This document shows, in pieces, positions 36,644 through 46,018 of a DNA stretch of 64,000 nucleotides. The number at the start of each line of letters is the position of its first letter. The first letter of the stretch is position 1. The translations under genes were made by a program, and so were the position numbers. The notes below the pieces were generated by a model. That model saw nothing but the letters and a program-made list of their open reading frames with translations. It was not told the DNA's origin and ran no database searches. Source of the DNA: Pirellulaceae bacterium (GTDB lineage Bacteria; Planctomycetota; Planctomycetia; Pirellulales; Pirellulaceae); assembly GCA_026989685.1 (NCBI GenBank), contig JALSIV010000211.1, forward strand, positions 817 through 64,816, given 5' to 3'.

Positions 36644-38276
36644 CGGAGTCTCCTTGGAGAGGCACGGGGCGAGCCAGCCACCACCATAGCGTCAGCAGGC
36701 CGGCCACCAGCAGATAGGCTACGGCTATATGATAGGGCGTTTGGCCGGCCGACACGCCTAGGGTGGAGAAATCGATTCCCCGCCACCCGGCTCCCGGCAC
36801 CCACTGCAGCGGCCAGAACATCTGCTCACTGGGATACGGCGAGTGAATCACGCCGAACAGAGAGCAACCGGCGCCGATGGCGAACCACAGGGCTCCCCGC
36901 AACAGCCGCCGGTCGATCAGGGCGGCCAAGGCCGAGGCCCACAGTAAGCTGGTGACGATGAAACCGGCCGACAACATCTGCACCGTCTGCAGGGCCGCCG
37001 CTTGTCGCGGATCGAGTTCCGCCAAAGGACGTTCCAGGAGCGGCAATAGCGGCCCGACGTAAATCATGACCAACTTGGCCAAAGCGGGAACGGTGGCCAG
37101 GGCGATGGCCGGGTAATGGCGCCGAACCGTAGCGAAGTAGCTCTGAGCCGTGATCTCCAAGCCGATGAAGATCAAGATGGGAAACACGGCAGCGCGAGGA
37201 ATCACGAGGTAGAGATAGCTGAAATACCCGAGCAGACCGGCACCGCCCACGAACAAAGCCGTCGCCAGCGTATAGGCGGCTCTTCCACCCATCGCCTTAT
37301 ACGCCGGGTGGCCGATGTACGGAGTGGTCTGAATCACGCCCCCGCAAAGGGCAGCCACCAGCGTGGCCACCGCCTCGATGCCGATGACCGTGTTGGTATC
37401 GTAGTCGTCTCCGGCAGCCGCCGCGCTTTCGGTGCAGTCGATCCCGCCCACCACCGTCGCCAATGCGAAAGGAATCACGATCGGCAAGTAGTGAAAGGCT
37501 CGTCCCATCGCCCCGATCCACTCGAAACGGAACACCTCCCACCAGCCGGTCGGCAGCAGACCGTCTCGAGGATCGAAGGGCAGCTCCTCCACCTCCATCA
37601 TTCCCGTCGCTCGCATCCAGTAGTAGATGCCGCCGGCTACCAATAGCGCTCCCAGAGCTCCCGGAAGGCGGAAGGGGAGCTGAATGCGAGCCGTCAGGGC
37701 GGTGAGGATCACTGCCAGCGCCGCCATCCCGACCAGCGGATTGTGCAGCACATCGACCAGCGGCAGAAAGCTGATCAACACCAGCGCGATCGCGGCCAGG
37801 GAGCCCAACAACCCGGCTCGAGGCACCACCCGGCGTACCCAGCTCGAACCCAACATGCATACGAGCTTGAACAGGCCGGAAATGAAGATCGAGCAGATTC
37901 CGACGTGCCAGGCCAGTCGAGCCGCCGCCTCCACGTCGAGCCCTTCCGATTGGGCGGCCCGGTAGACGTCGCTGAGGACGAACAACACCATGCCGATCGT
38001 GCTGGGCGTGTCCAGCCCCAACGGCATGGCCGTGACGTCCTCCTTTCCCGTTCGGCGAGCCAGCCGGAACGCCAGGGCGAAAAACAGAAGATCCCCCACC
38101 AGCACGCCGACGGCGGTCCCGGGAACCAGATGCTGCAGGGCAAAAGTTACCGGAAAACCGCAAACGGTGTACAGCATGCTGACCGTGAGCAGCAGATCGG
38201 CGACGTTGTCTAACATCAAGCCGAAAAAGGCGTTGACGTCGCCCGCGGCAGCCCAGCGATAACGAAATCGACTCAC
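36624..38276 (-). CDS. NCS2/AGZA-family nucleobase (xanthine/uracil/adenine-type) permease
   Basis: Polytopic membrane protein. The N-terminus RFRYRWAAAGDVNAFFGLMLDNVADLLL and the later TTPYIGHPAYKAMGGRAAYTL are typical of AzgA-like permeases. Start set at GTG 38276. The 324 upstream codons of ORF 36624..39248 run antisense through the sigma-factor gene and are rejected. Confidence 0.7.
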   Translation of the reverse strand: MSRFRYRWAAAGDVNAFFGLMLDNVADLLLTVSMLYTVCGFPVTFALQHLVPGTAVGVLVGDLLFFALAFRLARRTGKEDVTAMPLGLDTPSTIGMVLFVLSDVYRAAQSEGLDVEAAARLAWHVGICSIFISGLFKLVCMLGSSWVRRVVPRAGLLGSLAAIALVLISFLPLVDVLHNPLVGMAALAVILTALTARIQLPFRLPGALGALLVAGGIYYWMRATGMMEVEELPFDPRDGLLPTGWWEVFRFEWIGAMGRAFHYLPIVIPFALATVVGGIDCTESAAAAGDDYDTNTVIGIEAVATLVAALCGGVIQTTPYIGHPAYKAMGGRAAYTLATALFVGGAGLLGYFSYLYLVIPRAAVFPILIFIGLEITAQSYFATVRRHYPAIALATVPALAKLVMIYVGPLLPLLERPLAELDPRQAAALQTVQMLSAGFIVTSLLWASALAALIDRRLLRGALWFAIGAGCSLFGVIHSPYPSEQMFWPLQWVPGAGWRGIDFSTLGVSAGQTPYHIAVAYLLVAGLLTLWWWLARPVPLQGDSDAQTRS

Positions 38277-38651
38277 CGATGATCCCTTTGGCGCGGGTTT
38301 TGCACATTCTGAGGAATGGTTGCACGCGTCGGCCCGGCCATCGAGCCAGTGGTCGTTCCGAAACAACGCAATCGCCCGGAGGGGAGACGCCGCGGACCGC
38401 TGCCGTCGAAGGCTGGTGGCTACAGTCATAAGCGGGCGGGTCGGCCTTGTCAATTCTCCTCCCAGACGCGGGGCCGTCCGCGCCGTCGTCCCACGACGTA
38501 GGCAACAGATCCGAAGCCGAAAAACGGCACGGCGGGTTCTCGTACTGGCTCGAAAAAGGCTCTGAAAGAACAGGGAAGATGTGCTATGATGAAGGCCTGC
38601 GCATCGGCCGATTCCGGTGCGAACCACAGAACCACCAAGCCCGTATTGAAC

Positions 38652-39335
38652 ATGAGACGATCGATTGAAATCAAACGACCCGGCTCGCCTCGAACCGTCG
38701 AGAAGCTCGCCGGATTGACCGACGAGCAACTGCTTGCTCGGTACTGCAACACCGGGGACCGAACCGTATTCAGCACCCTGGTGCGGCGTTACGAGCGCGA
38801 GTTGTACAACTACTTGAGACGGTACCTGGGAGATGCGGAAATGGCCGAGGACGCCTTTCAAGCGACGTTTCTCCAGGTTCACCTCAAGTGCGAAACCTTT
38901 GATCCGGCCCGCCGATTCCGCCCCTGGCTCTATACCATCGCCACCAACCAGGCCATCGATGCCCAACGGCGTAACAAACGGCACAAAGCAGCCGTCAGTC
39001 TTGATCGAGGCGGAGTCGATCACGGTGAACAGACCCAGCGAATCGGAGATTTGCTGGAGAGCGGGGTCGACGACCCGTTGGACGAAGCGGTGCGCAGTGA
39101 ACAAGGGGAATGGGTGCGGGAGGCCGTAAGCCGGCTCTCGGACAACCTCAGACCGGTGATCGAATTGGTCTACTTTCAAGGAATGTCGTACGGAGACGCC
39201 GCCGATGTGTTGGGAATCCCGGTCGGCACGGTCAAAAGCCGCATGCACGCGGCGGTCGCCAAACTAACGGCGACGTGGCAGGCCTGTGGACAACCGTGGC
39301 TCGAATCCTCCAGTATTGACGACGCCAATGATTGA
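38652..39335 (+). CDS. ECF-type RNA polymerase sigma factor
   Basis: Region 2 (FSTLVRRYERELYNYLRRYLGDAEMAEDAFQATFLQV...RPWLYTIATNQAIDAQRR) and region 4 (VYFQGMSYGDAADVLGIPVGTVKSRMHAAVAKL). ATG 38652 is preferred because a candidate promoter CTGAAA-17-TATGAT (38562-38590) overlaps the longer ORF start 38586. Confidence 0.85.
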   Translation: MRRSIEIKRPGSPRTVEKLAGLTDEQLLARYCNTGDRTVFSTLVRRYERELYNYLRRYLGDAEMAEDAFQATFLQVHLKCETFDPARRFRPWLYTIATNQAIDAQRRNKRHKAAVSLDRGGVDHGEQTQRIGDLLESGVDDPLDEAVRSEQGEWVREAVSRLSDNLRPVIELVYFQGMSYGDAADVLGIPVGTVKSRMHAAVAKLTATWQACGQPWLESSSIDDAND

Positions 39336-40314
39336 CCGCGAAGACCTGCTCGGATACCTGCTCGGCGCCCTCGATCCGGACGAAATGGCTCGCGTCGACC
39401 GCGCCATCCGCCAGGACCGGGAATTGGCAGACGAGTTGCGGGCACTGCAAGCCGCCCTGGTTCCACTCGAGTCGGAGCGAGATGCCTATGATCCGCCGCC
39501 AGGGCTGGCCGAACGAACCATTCGCATGGTGGAGACCCACCGAGCGGTCCCCCGCAATCTGGCGACAAAATCCTCCCGCTTCCGCCATGTGGACGCCCTA
39601 GCCACGATCGCCTCGGTCGGCATCATCGCCATGCTCGTCTTCCCGGCCCTGCTCACTTCCCGCTTTCGTGCTCAAGTCCAACAATGCCAGTCCAATCTGC
39701 TGGCACTGGGAACCCAGTTGATGTCGTACGCCGATGCCCAGCCGGACCGCTCCTATCCCGCATTGTCACAGTCGGGAAAACTGGCGTTCGCCGGCGCCCC
39801 GGCAGTGGAGTTGCGTGAGCACGGCTTGCTCGATCAGGACACTCGGATCCTCGTCTGTCCGGGAGTTCGGCGCGATTCGTCCAGTTGGCTGGGGATCCCC
39901 TCGCGAGATGAGCTGCTTGCGGCCGAAGGTGCACAACTCCACCAGCTCCAAGCACGCGCGGGAGGCGATTACGGCTGGTATTTGGGCGTGATCGATGGCG
40001 GTCGCTTTCAGGCTCCCCGACATCGTGGACGCAGTTTCTTCGTGGTGGCGTCCGACGCACCGTCGAACAACTTGAGCCATTTAGCGAGTCCCAACCATGG
40101 CGGCGTCGGCTGGAACGTGCTGTACGACGATATGCACGTCGACTTCATCAAGGCTCGCGACGTGGAGCAGTGTGCCGATGATCCGCTGCGCAACCACTTG
40201 GGCTTGGTGGCCGCCGGCGTGGGAGGCAATGACTCGGTGGTCGCTCGCAGCGGCACGCCGGTCCAGATCATCACCACCATCTTGTGGCAGATCGCTCCAC
40301 CACTCTCCCGCTGA
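39328..40314 (+). CDS. anti-sigma factor with single TM helix and pseudopilin/DUF1559-like extracytoplasmic domain
   Basis: The ATG overlaps the sigma gene end (ATGATTGA). N-terminal anti-sigma-like helix pair (DLLGYLLGALDPDEMARVDRAIRQDRELADELRAL). TM plus helix IASVGIIAMLVFPALLTSRFRAQVQQCQSNLLALGTQLMSYAD mirrors the IAILIALLLPAVQ-AREAARR-QC-NNLKQ-GLA-HNY pattern of DUF1559 pseudopilin-like proteins. C-terminal NHGGVGWNVLYDDMHV resembles the H-X9-DG motif. Confidence 0.7.
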   Translation: MIDREDLLGYLLGALDPDEMARVDRAIRQDRELADELRALQAALVPLESERDAYDPPPGLAERTIRMVETHRAVPRNLATKSSRFRHVDALATIASVGIIAMLVFPALLTSRFRAQVQQCQSNLLALGTQLMSYADAQPDRSYPALSQSGKLAFAGAPAVELREHGLLDQDTRILVCPGVRRDSSSWLGIPSRDELLAAEGAQLHQLQARAGGDYGWYLGVIDGGRFQAPRHRGRSFFVVASDAPSNNLSHLASPNHGGVGWNVLYDDMHVDFIKARDVEQCADDPLRNHLGLVAAGVGGNDSVVARSGTPVQIITTILWQIAPPLSR

Positions 40315-40524
40315 ACTCGCTGGGATTCGGCCCTCGGCTCAACGACGTGTCGGTGACCCAAACGTTGCCCCAGGGGATCACTTCTCCGCCGGCGTGTTGC
40401 TCGAATGCTACACGTTCTCGGTCGCACGATCTGGCAACCAATGGCGACTGAACGCCATAAGCCTCAACCCTGTTTCGACTTGCGCTGCGTTCTTCACACT
40501 CGCATCCTCGCCGCTCGGTGGCAT

Positions 40525-40540
40525 TGGCACTTGTCTTGCC
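40525..40540 (+). promoter_or_regulatory. sigma54-like -24/-12 element
   Basis: TGGCACttgtcTTGCc has correct spacing and matches 10 of 11 consensus positions. It is intergenic, about 150 nt upstream of ATG 40690. Confidence 0.35.
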
Positions 40541-40689
40541 CTCTGACACGGTCACACGGACGAACTCGACCGCCGGTTTTCTCGACCGGCGGCGGTGGTG
40601 GGCGAGCCTCCGTCCCCTCGGGCTCGCCCATCGCGTCCGCCGCCCTACTGCAAGACAAGTCGATCCACTTCGCCGACCGAGGATTGCCC

Positions 40690-41511
40690 ATGCACGCCAA
40701 CCAACTCGTCCATCTGGCCTCGCTCCTTTCGCACCACCGCGAAGCACTGATCCACGAAGCCGATCCGATCGTCCCGCCAGCGCTGATGGACTACTGGGCG
40801 GCGGCGAAGGCCAGACATTGCCGGTGGGCCGATTTCCTCAACGCATGGCAAGCCGAACATGCTTCGATGAAGAAGACGGATGCCGGGCAGCGGGAGCGGC
40901 ACTGGAACCGAACTCGAGCCTGCCTCGAGGAAATCCTGTTGTCGGACTTGGCAACTCGTGTCTTCGCCGCCGCCGCTCAAGCCATCGATGATCGTCTGGG
41001 TATCCGTGAGTGGTCTCCGGTGACCGGCAGCATTCATCAGCGACAGCACGAGTTTCGCGGCCGAGCCATGCAGTTGCTACTGGTCGACCCCGACGTGCCC
41101 TTCAAGAACCGGCTGGCGCTCGATCAGTTGCGGCGGCGAGTCGAACGCTGGACCGATTTTCTGCTCGCGCCCTGGAGCCGGCAGGCGGACGTCTCAAGCT
41201 TTGCGTTCGACGTGGATCGCGTCGCCGACCATGCAGAGACTCTGGCGAATGGGCACCGGATCGGCAATGAAACGTACTGGACATTGGCTCAAGCCTCGCT
41301 GGAAGGAGCCTTTCGCCGCCCCATGTTCACGCTACCTTTCAGTGCCCGGCTCAATCGGCAAATCGCGGTTTCGATCTTGGGGTGTTTTCCCCAGTCCTTG
41401 TTCTCACTCGACGGCGAAGACGCCCCGGCCTGGGTTCCGCGGCTCTTGCGTACGGCTCGGCAGACCGAGCAACTGCTCGACGCGGCGCTCCGCCCCAGCT
41501 ACCGCTCTTGA
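40690..41511 (+). CDS. hypothetical alpha-helical protein
   Basis: First ATG downstream of the sigma54-like element in ORF 40405..41511. Helical, Arg/Leu/Ala-rich but non-repetitive. No motif recognised. Confidence 0.5.
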   Translation: MHANQLVHLASLLSHHREALIHEADPIVPPALMDYWAAAKARHCRWADFLNAWQAEHASMKKTDAGQRERHWNRTRACLEEILLSDLATRVFAAAAQAIDDRLGIREWSPVTGSIHQRQHEFRGRAMQLLLVDPDVPFKNRLALDQLRRRVERWTDFLLAPWSRQADVSSFAFDVDRVADHAETLANGHRIGNETYWTLAQASLEGAFRRPMFTLPFSARLNRQIAVSILGCFPQSLFSLDGEDAPAWVPRLLRTARQTEQLLDAALRPSYRS

Positions 41512-41638
41512 GTCCGGCTCGCAGCCACCGAGTGACGCCCATTTTTTTCTCAAGCCGACGACGCAACCGAGTCGAAGGCACAGAGAGGGGCCGGCTTGTC
41601 CGCCGCGCCGCTCTCCTCTCATCGTGAGCGTCTCGATC

Positions 41639-42019
41639 ATGGAAAATGCCGAATTCGCCCAGTTGGCACAGGACTGGACCAACGACATCCTGGTTTGGAT
41701 CGGGTTTGGAACCGTGATCGGCCTGCTGGCCAAGGCGATCATGCCGGGCCGCGACCCCGGCGGTGCGATTGCCACGTTGGCGATGGGAATCGGGGGCACG
41801 GTCATCGGTTGCGGCGTAGTCGGTTTCTTCTTTGAGGGTCAGCGAGTCACTCCCATCAGTCCGTTGGGAGCCGTGGTGGCAACGGCAGGCGCCTTTATTA
41901 TTTTGCTGTTCTACCGCCTGCTGTCGGGATACCTGTTCATCGAAGGCGAGACTCGCCCCCGTCTCCGCCGCTTTCGCCGGCGCTACCGCCGAGTCCCCGT
42001 TTACGACTACGACGATTGA
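41639..42019 (+). CDS. GlsB/YeaQ/YmgE-family (transglycosylase-associated) stress membrane protein
   Basis: ILVWIGFGTVIGLLAKAIMPGRDPGGAIATLAMGIGGTVIGCGV is the family signature. The upstream part of ORF 41201..42019 is rejected. Confidence 0.8.
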   Translation: MENAEFAQLAQDWTNDILVWIGFGTVIGLLAKAIMPGRDPGGAIATLAMGIGGTVIGCGVVGFFFEGQRVTPISPLGAVVATAGAFIILLFYRLLSGYLFIEGETRPRLRRFRRRYRRVPVYDYDD

Positions 42020-43622
42020 GTTGGGTCTGGGGATTCGCCTGAGCCCTCAGCTCTTCCCAGCGGCGTTCCCACTCGGCCACCAGGTCTTTCAGCCGGTCGG
42101 GATGGCGCTCGGCCAGGTTGTTGGTCTCCGTGCGGTCTCGAGACAGGTCGTACAGCTCCCAGGGCTCTTCGCGAGTCGCCACGATTTTCCAGTCCCCGCG
42201 CCGCAGAGCGCGATGACCCTCGTGCAGCCACCACAGAGTGCGAAGCGTCGGCGACGACGATCCGGCCAGCGCTCGGGCCAGACTCCGGCCGTGGTACGGT
42301 GGCTCCTTCGACTTCCCTGCCGCCGGCCAGCCACCGGCGAGTTCCAGCAACGTGGGCACGATGTCGACCACGTGTCCCACCTGGTTTCTCAACGCGCCCC
42401 GATCGGCGATCGCAGCGGGCCAACACGCAATCAACGGAGTGGCGATGCCACCCTCGTGAACCCACGTCTTGTGGCGACGAAACGGAGTGTTGCAGACGGT
42501 GGACCAACCCGGTCCCAAACAGTAGTGCGTGGCCGCGGATCCGGGCGGCGCCGCGGGATCATGCCCGTCCCCGCGTATCATGATCTCCGCGCTCGCCCCG
42601 TTGTCGCTCAAGAACAGCACCAGGGTATTCTCGGTTGCCCCCATCGCATCCAACTGCTCGAGGATGCGTCCAACCTCCCGGTCGATGCGGTCCACCATCG
42701 CGGCGTGCAACTCCATCTTCGTCGATTGGAATCGCCGCTGCTCGGCCGTGAGTTCGTTCCAGGGATGGGGGCGCTCGACTTCGCCCGCTCCCAGTCGCCG
42801 CAATGCGTCGGGGAAATGGTACGGCGGACCGATGTCGGACTCGACCGGAGACAAGACGCCACGAACCAAACCCATCTCCCGCACACGCTCCCAGCGCTCC
42901 ATGCGCACGTGCTGCCAACCATCGTCGTACCGGCCGCGGTAACGTTCGATGTCCTGAGGAAGCGCGTGCAGTGGAAAATGGGGCGCGGTAAAGGCGACGT
43001 AAAGGAAGAAGGGAGCGTCGCGGTGCTGCCCGTGATGCTCCTTAAGAAACTCGACCGCGTGATCGGCAATGGCGATCGTGCCGTAAAACCCGGAATCGGC
43101 TTTCACGGGCGCCAGTTTGCGATCGTCGAGAAAGTGCACGCGAGGCGAGAAGAATCGCTGCTGGTCGCGCAAGTAATAGGAACGGTCGAAACCTTGCGCA
43201 CAAGGCATTCCGTCAATGTGCCACTTGCCGCTGTGATAACTGTGATAGCCGAACGGTTTGAGCAGACGGGGAATCAAAGGAGCCCACTCGGGACGTCGGC
43301 CGCGTCCGCCACTGCGAATGCCGGGCACCTGATCGCGCCGAATGGCCTGAGCATAGTAGCCGGTCAGCAGTGCCCCGCGAGTCGGCCAACACCGTCCCGT
43401 GTTGTAGAACTGGGTGAACCGGACACCACGTTTGGCCAGACCGTCGAGATGGGGCGTCGCAATCTCGCCGCCATAGCACCCCAAGTCGGAAAACCCCAAA
43501 TCGTCCGCCATCATCAACACGATGTTGGGTGGCCCGCCCGCACCGAGAGCCACCTCAACGCGGACAGCCAACCCCAGCCAAGCTGCCGCCGCCACGAGGA
43601 AAATGGTTGTCACCTGTCGCAT
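41937..43622 (-). CDS. Cys-type (formylglycine-dependent) arylsulfatase
   Basis: Signal peptide, then PNIVLMMADDLGFSDLGCYGGEIATPHLD and the CWPTRGALLTG (C-x-P-x-R) motif. Start at ATG 43622. The 407-codon upstream extension of ORF 41937..44843 runs antisense into copB and is rejected. Confidence 0.9.
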   Translation of the reverse strand: MRQVTTIFLVAAAAWLGLAVRVEVALGAGGPPNIVLMMADDLGFSDLGCYGGEIATPHLDGLAKRGVRFTQFYNTGRCWPTRGALLTGYYAQAIRRDQVPGIRSGGRGRRPEWAPLIPRLLKPFGYHSYHSGKWHIDGMPCAQGFDRSYYLRDQQRFFSPRVHFLDDRKLAPVKADSGFYGTIAIADHAVEFLKEHHGQHRDAPFFLYVAFTAPHFPLHALPQDIERYRGRYDDGWQHVRMERWERVREMGLVRGVLSPVESDIGPPYHFPDALRRLGAGEVERPHPWNELTAEQRRFQSTKMELHAAMVDRIDREVGRILEQLDAMGATENTLVLFLSDNGASAEIMIRGDGHDPAAPPGSAATHYCLGPGWSTVCNTPFRRHKTWVHEGGIATPLIACWPAAIADRGALRNQVGHVVDIVPTLLELAGGWPAAGKSKEPPYHGRSLARALAGSSSPTLRTLWWLHEGHRALRRGDWKIVATREEPWELYDLSRDRTETNNLAERHPDRLKDLVAEWERRWEELRAQANPQTQLNRRSRKRGLGGSAGESGGDGGESRLR

Positions 43623-43820
43623 CGACGCCTGCCTTTGCTCTTTCACGTGGGTGGAGTACTCTCGAACCATGGTCATGATAGGTGCCCGCCCAGTCGATTC
43701 CAAGCGACAGATATTTCCTCGAGAAGAAACCATCCGGCTGAACCATCTAACCAGCAGGGAACCGTCTCGACGGTCGCGATGGTTTGAAGATGGATTGTTG
43801 ATTCCAGGACGATTCCGACC

Positions 43821-45974
43821 GTGACTACATCGCCGCAAGACTCCGACCATCACGCTCACCACCACGGGCACCACCATGAGCATCCGGCTCACGCCGAGCA
43901 TTCCGCACCGGCGCCCGCGGCTCACGCCGGACACGACGAACACGCATCTCACGAGCACGGCGAGGGGCATGAGGAGCACACCGGCCATCACAGCCATCAT
44001 GCCCATATGATTGTCGACTATCGTCGCCGGTTTTGGGTCAGTCTCGCACTCAGCGTCCCCGTTCTGATCCTGTCCCCCACGTTGCAGCGTCTGGTGGGAG
44101 TGGAGCAACTGTTGGGACAAATCCCGGGAGCGGCCTGGATTCAGTTCATCTTGGCCAGCTCCATCTACTTCTACGGCGGCTGGCCGTTCTTCAAAGGCCT
44201 GGCCGAAGAACTCGGGAAACGTCAACCCGGGATGATGACGCTGATCGCCGTGGGAATCAGCGTGGCCTACTTCTATAGCGCGGCGGTCGTGCTGGGCCTC
44301 TCCGGCAAAGTCTTTTTCTGGGAACTGGCGACGCTGATCGACGTGATGCTGCTGGGGCACTGGATCGAAATGCGATCGGTGATGGGCGCCTCGTCGGCTC
44401 TCGATGCGCTCGTCAAACTCATGCCGGCCACGGCCCACCGAGTCGCCGAAGGGGGCCAGACCGAAGACGTCGAAGTCTCGCAGTTGACCAAGGGGGATCG
44501 GGTCCTCGTCAAGCCGGGAGAAAAAATGCCGGTCGACGGCGTCATTGTCGAAGGGAGAACCAGCGTCAATGAATCGATGGTGACGGGCGAGAGTCGACCG
44601 GTGGAAAAGAACGCGGGAGATTCCGTCATCGGCGGTTCGGTCAACGGGGAAGCGTCGGTCGTCGTCGAAGTGCAAAAGACGGGAAGCGAATCCTATCTGG
44701 CTCAGGTGATCGAACTGGTTCGCCAGGCGCAGGAATCCCGCTCGCGCACCCAGGACCTGGCCAACCGAGCCGCGTTCTGGTTGACCGTGATCGCGCTGGC
44801 CGCCGGGCTGGTCACGCTGTTGGTCTGGCTGGCCGTCGGTCACTCACTCGCCTTCGCCTTGGAACGATGTGTCACCGTGATGGTGATCACCTGCCCGCAC
44901 GCGTTGGGTCTGGCCGTTCCCCTCGTCGTCGCCGTCTCGACGTCGCTCGCCGCGCGCCACGGCCTGCTGATCCGCGATCGGACCGCCTTCGAGCGGGCTC
45001 GAGGCGTCGACGCTGTTTTGTTCGATAAGACGGGCACGCTGACCGAGGGTCGTTTCGCCGTCTCCGACGTCATCGCATTGGGCGATCTTCCGGCTGACGA
45101 GTTTCTGGCACTGGCTGCCGCCATCGAGCGGCAGTCGGAACATCCGATCGCTCAGGGGATCGTGGACTCGGTCGCATCGCAAAAGCTGGAGATCCCAGCG
45201 GAGGTTTCCGACTTTCGGTCGATCCCCGGCCGAGGCGCGATTGGCAAGGTCGGTCGGCACGCCGTCCAAGTCGTGAGCCCGGGGTATCTCGCCGAGCGAG
45301 GCGAATCGATGGCCAACGATGACGTGAAGCGGGTGATGGCCGAAGGCAAGACGGTCGTGTTCGTCATCGTCGATGATCGGCTGCAAGGAGCCATCGCCCT
45401 GGCCGATGTGATTCGACCCGAGTCGCGGGAAGCGCTGCGGCGACTCAAGGAACTCGGCGTCCAGGCCATGATGCTCACGGGAGACGCAAAGGCCGTGGCG
45501 GCGTGGGTGGCCGAGGAACTCGAGCTGGACGATTACTTTGCCGAAGTACTGCCGGACGAGAAGGCAGCCAAGGTGATCGAGGTGCAGCGACGCGGGGCTG
45601 TCACCGCCATGGTGGGAGACGGAGTCAACGACGCTCCGGCTCTGGTCCAAGCCGACGTCGGCGTGGCCATCGGCGCGGGAACCGACGTGGCCATCGAATC
45701 GGCCGACGTGGTGCTGGTCCGCTCCGATCCGCGGGACGTCGTGACCATCATCGAATTGGCTCGAGCCACCTACCGGAAAATGGTCCAGAATCTGTGGTGG
45801 GCCACCGGCTACAATGTGGTCGCCATCCCGCTGGCAGCCGGTGTGCTCTATCACGTCGGGATCGTCATGCCGCCGGCCGTCGGCGCTGCTATCATGGCAC
45901 TCTCCACGGTGATCGTGGCGGTCAACGCGCGTCTGCTTCGCATCGCGCGCCCCGACCGATCGCCGTCTGTGTGA
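43821..45974 (+). CDS. copB: P1B-type heavy-metal (copper) translocating ATPase, CopB-like
   Basis: His-rich N-terminus ([12 protein letters not shown]...), TM CPH motif ([13 protein letters not shown]), [18 protein letters not shown] start. Confidence 0.92.
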   Translation: MTTSPQDSDHHAHHHGHHHEHPAHAEHSAPAPAAHAGHDEHASHEHGEGHEEHTGHHSHHAHMIVDYRRRFWVSLALSVPVLILSPTLQRLVGVEQLLGQIPGAAWIQFILASSIYFYGGWPFFKGLAEELGKRQPGMMTLIAVGISVAYFYSAAVVLGLSGKVFFWELATLIDVMLLGHWIEMRSVMGASSALDALVKLMPATAHRVAEGGQTEDVEVSQLTKGDRVLVKPGEKMPVDGVIVEGRTSVNESMVTGESRPVEKNAGDSVIGGSVNGEASVVVEVQKTGSESYLAQVIELVRQAQESRSRTQDLANRAAFWLTVIALAAGLVTLLVWLAVGHSLAFALERCVTVMVITCPHALGLAVPLVVAVSTSLAARHGLLIRDRTAFERARGVDAVLFDKTGTLTEGRFAVSDVIALGDLPADEFLALAAAIERQSEHPIAQGIVDSVASQKLEIPAEVSDFRSIPGRGAIGKVGRHAVQVVSPGYLAERGESMANDDVKRVMAEGKTVVFVIVDDRLQGAIALADVIRPESREALRRLKELGVQAMMLTGDAKAVAAWVAEELELDDYFAEVLPDEKAAKVIEVQRRGAVTAMVGDGVNDAPALVQADVGVAIGAGTDVAIESADVVLVRSDPRDVVTIIELARATYRKMVQNLWWATGYNVVAIPLAAGVLYHVGIVMPPAVGAAIMALSTVIVAVNARLLRIARPDRSPSV

Positions 45975-46018
45975 TCGCGCAACCCGACTGTGCCCTTCCT
46001 CTACGGAGAAACCGCGCC

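Noticed and set aside
38289-38304. sigma54-like element TGGCGCgggttTTGCA on the plus strand between the permease and the ECF sigma gene
   Set aside because: One mismatch in the -24 core (A to G), and it lies 350 nt from the next plus-strand start. One-mismatch hits are expected by chance in a window this size. Kept only as a note. The two-mismatch hit at 58034-58049 is equally weak.
38277-39248. Upstream 324 codons of the 874-aa ORF 36624..39248
   Set aside because: They run antisense through the ECF sigma-factor gene and the intergenic promoter region. The permease homology starts only at RFRYRW... (GTG 38276).
43623-44843. Upstream 407 codons of the 968-aa ORF 41937..44843
   Set aside because: Antisense to copB. 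The sulfatase begins with its signal peptide at ATG 43622.
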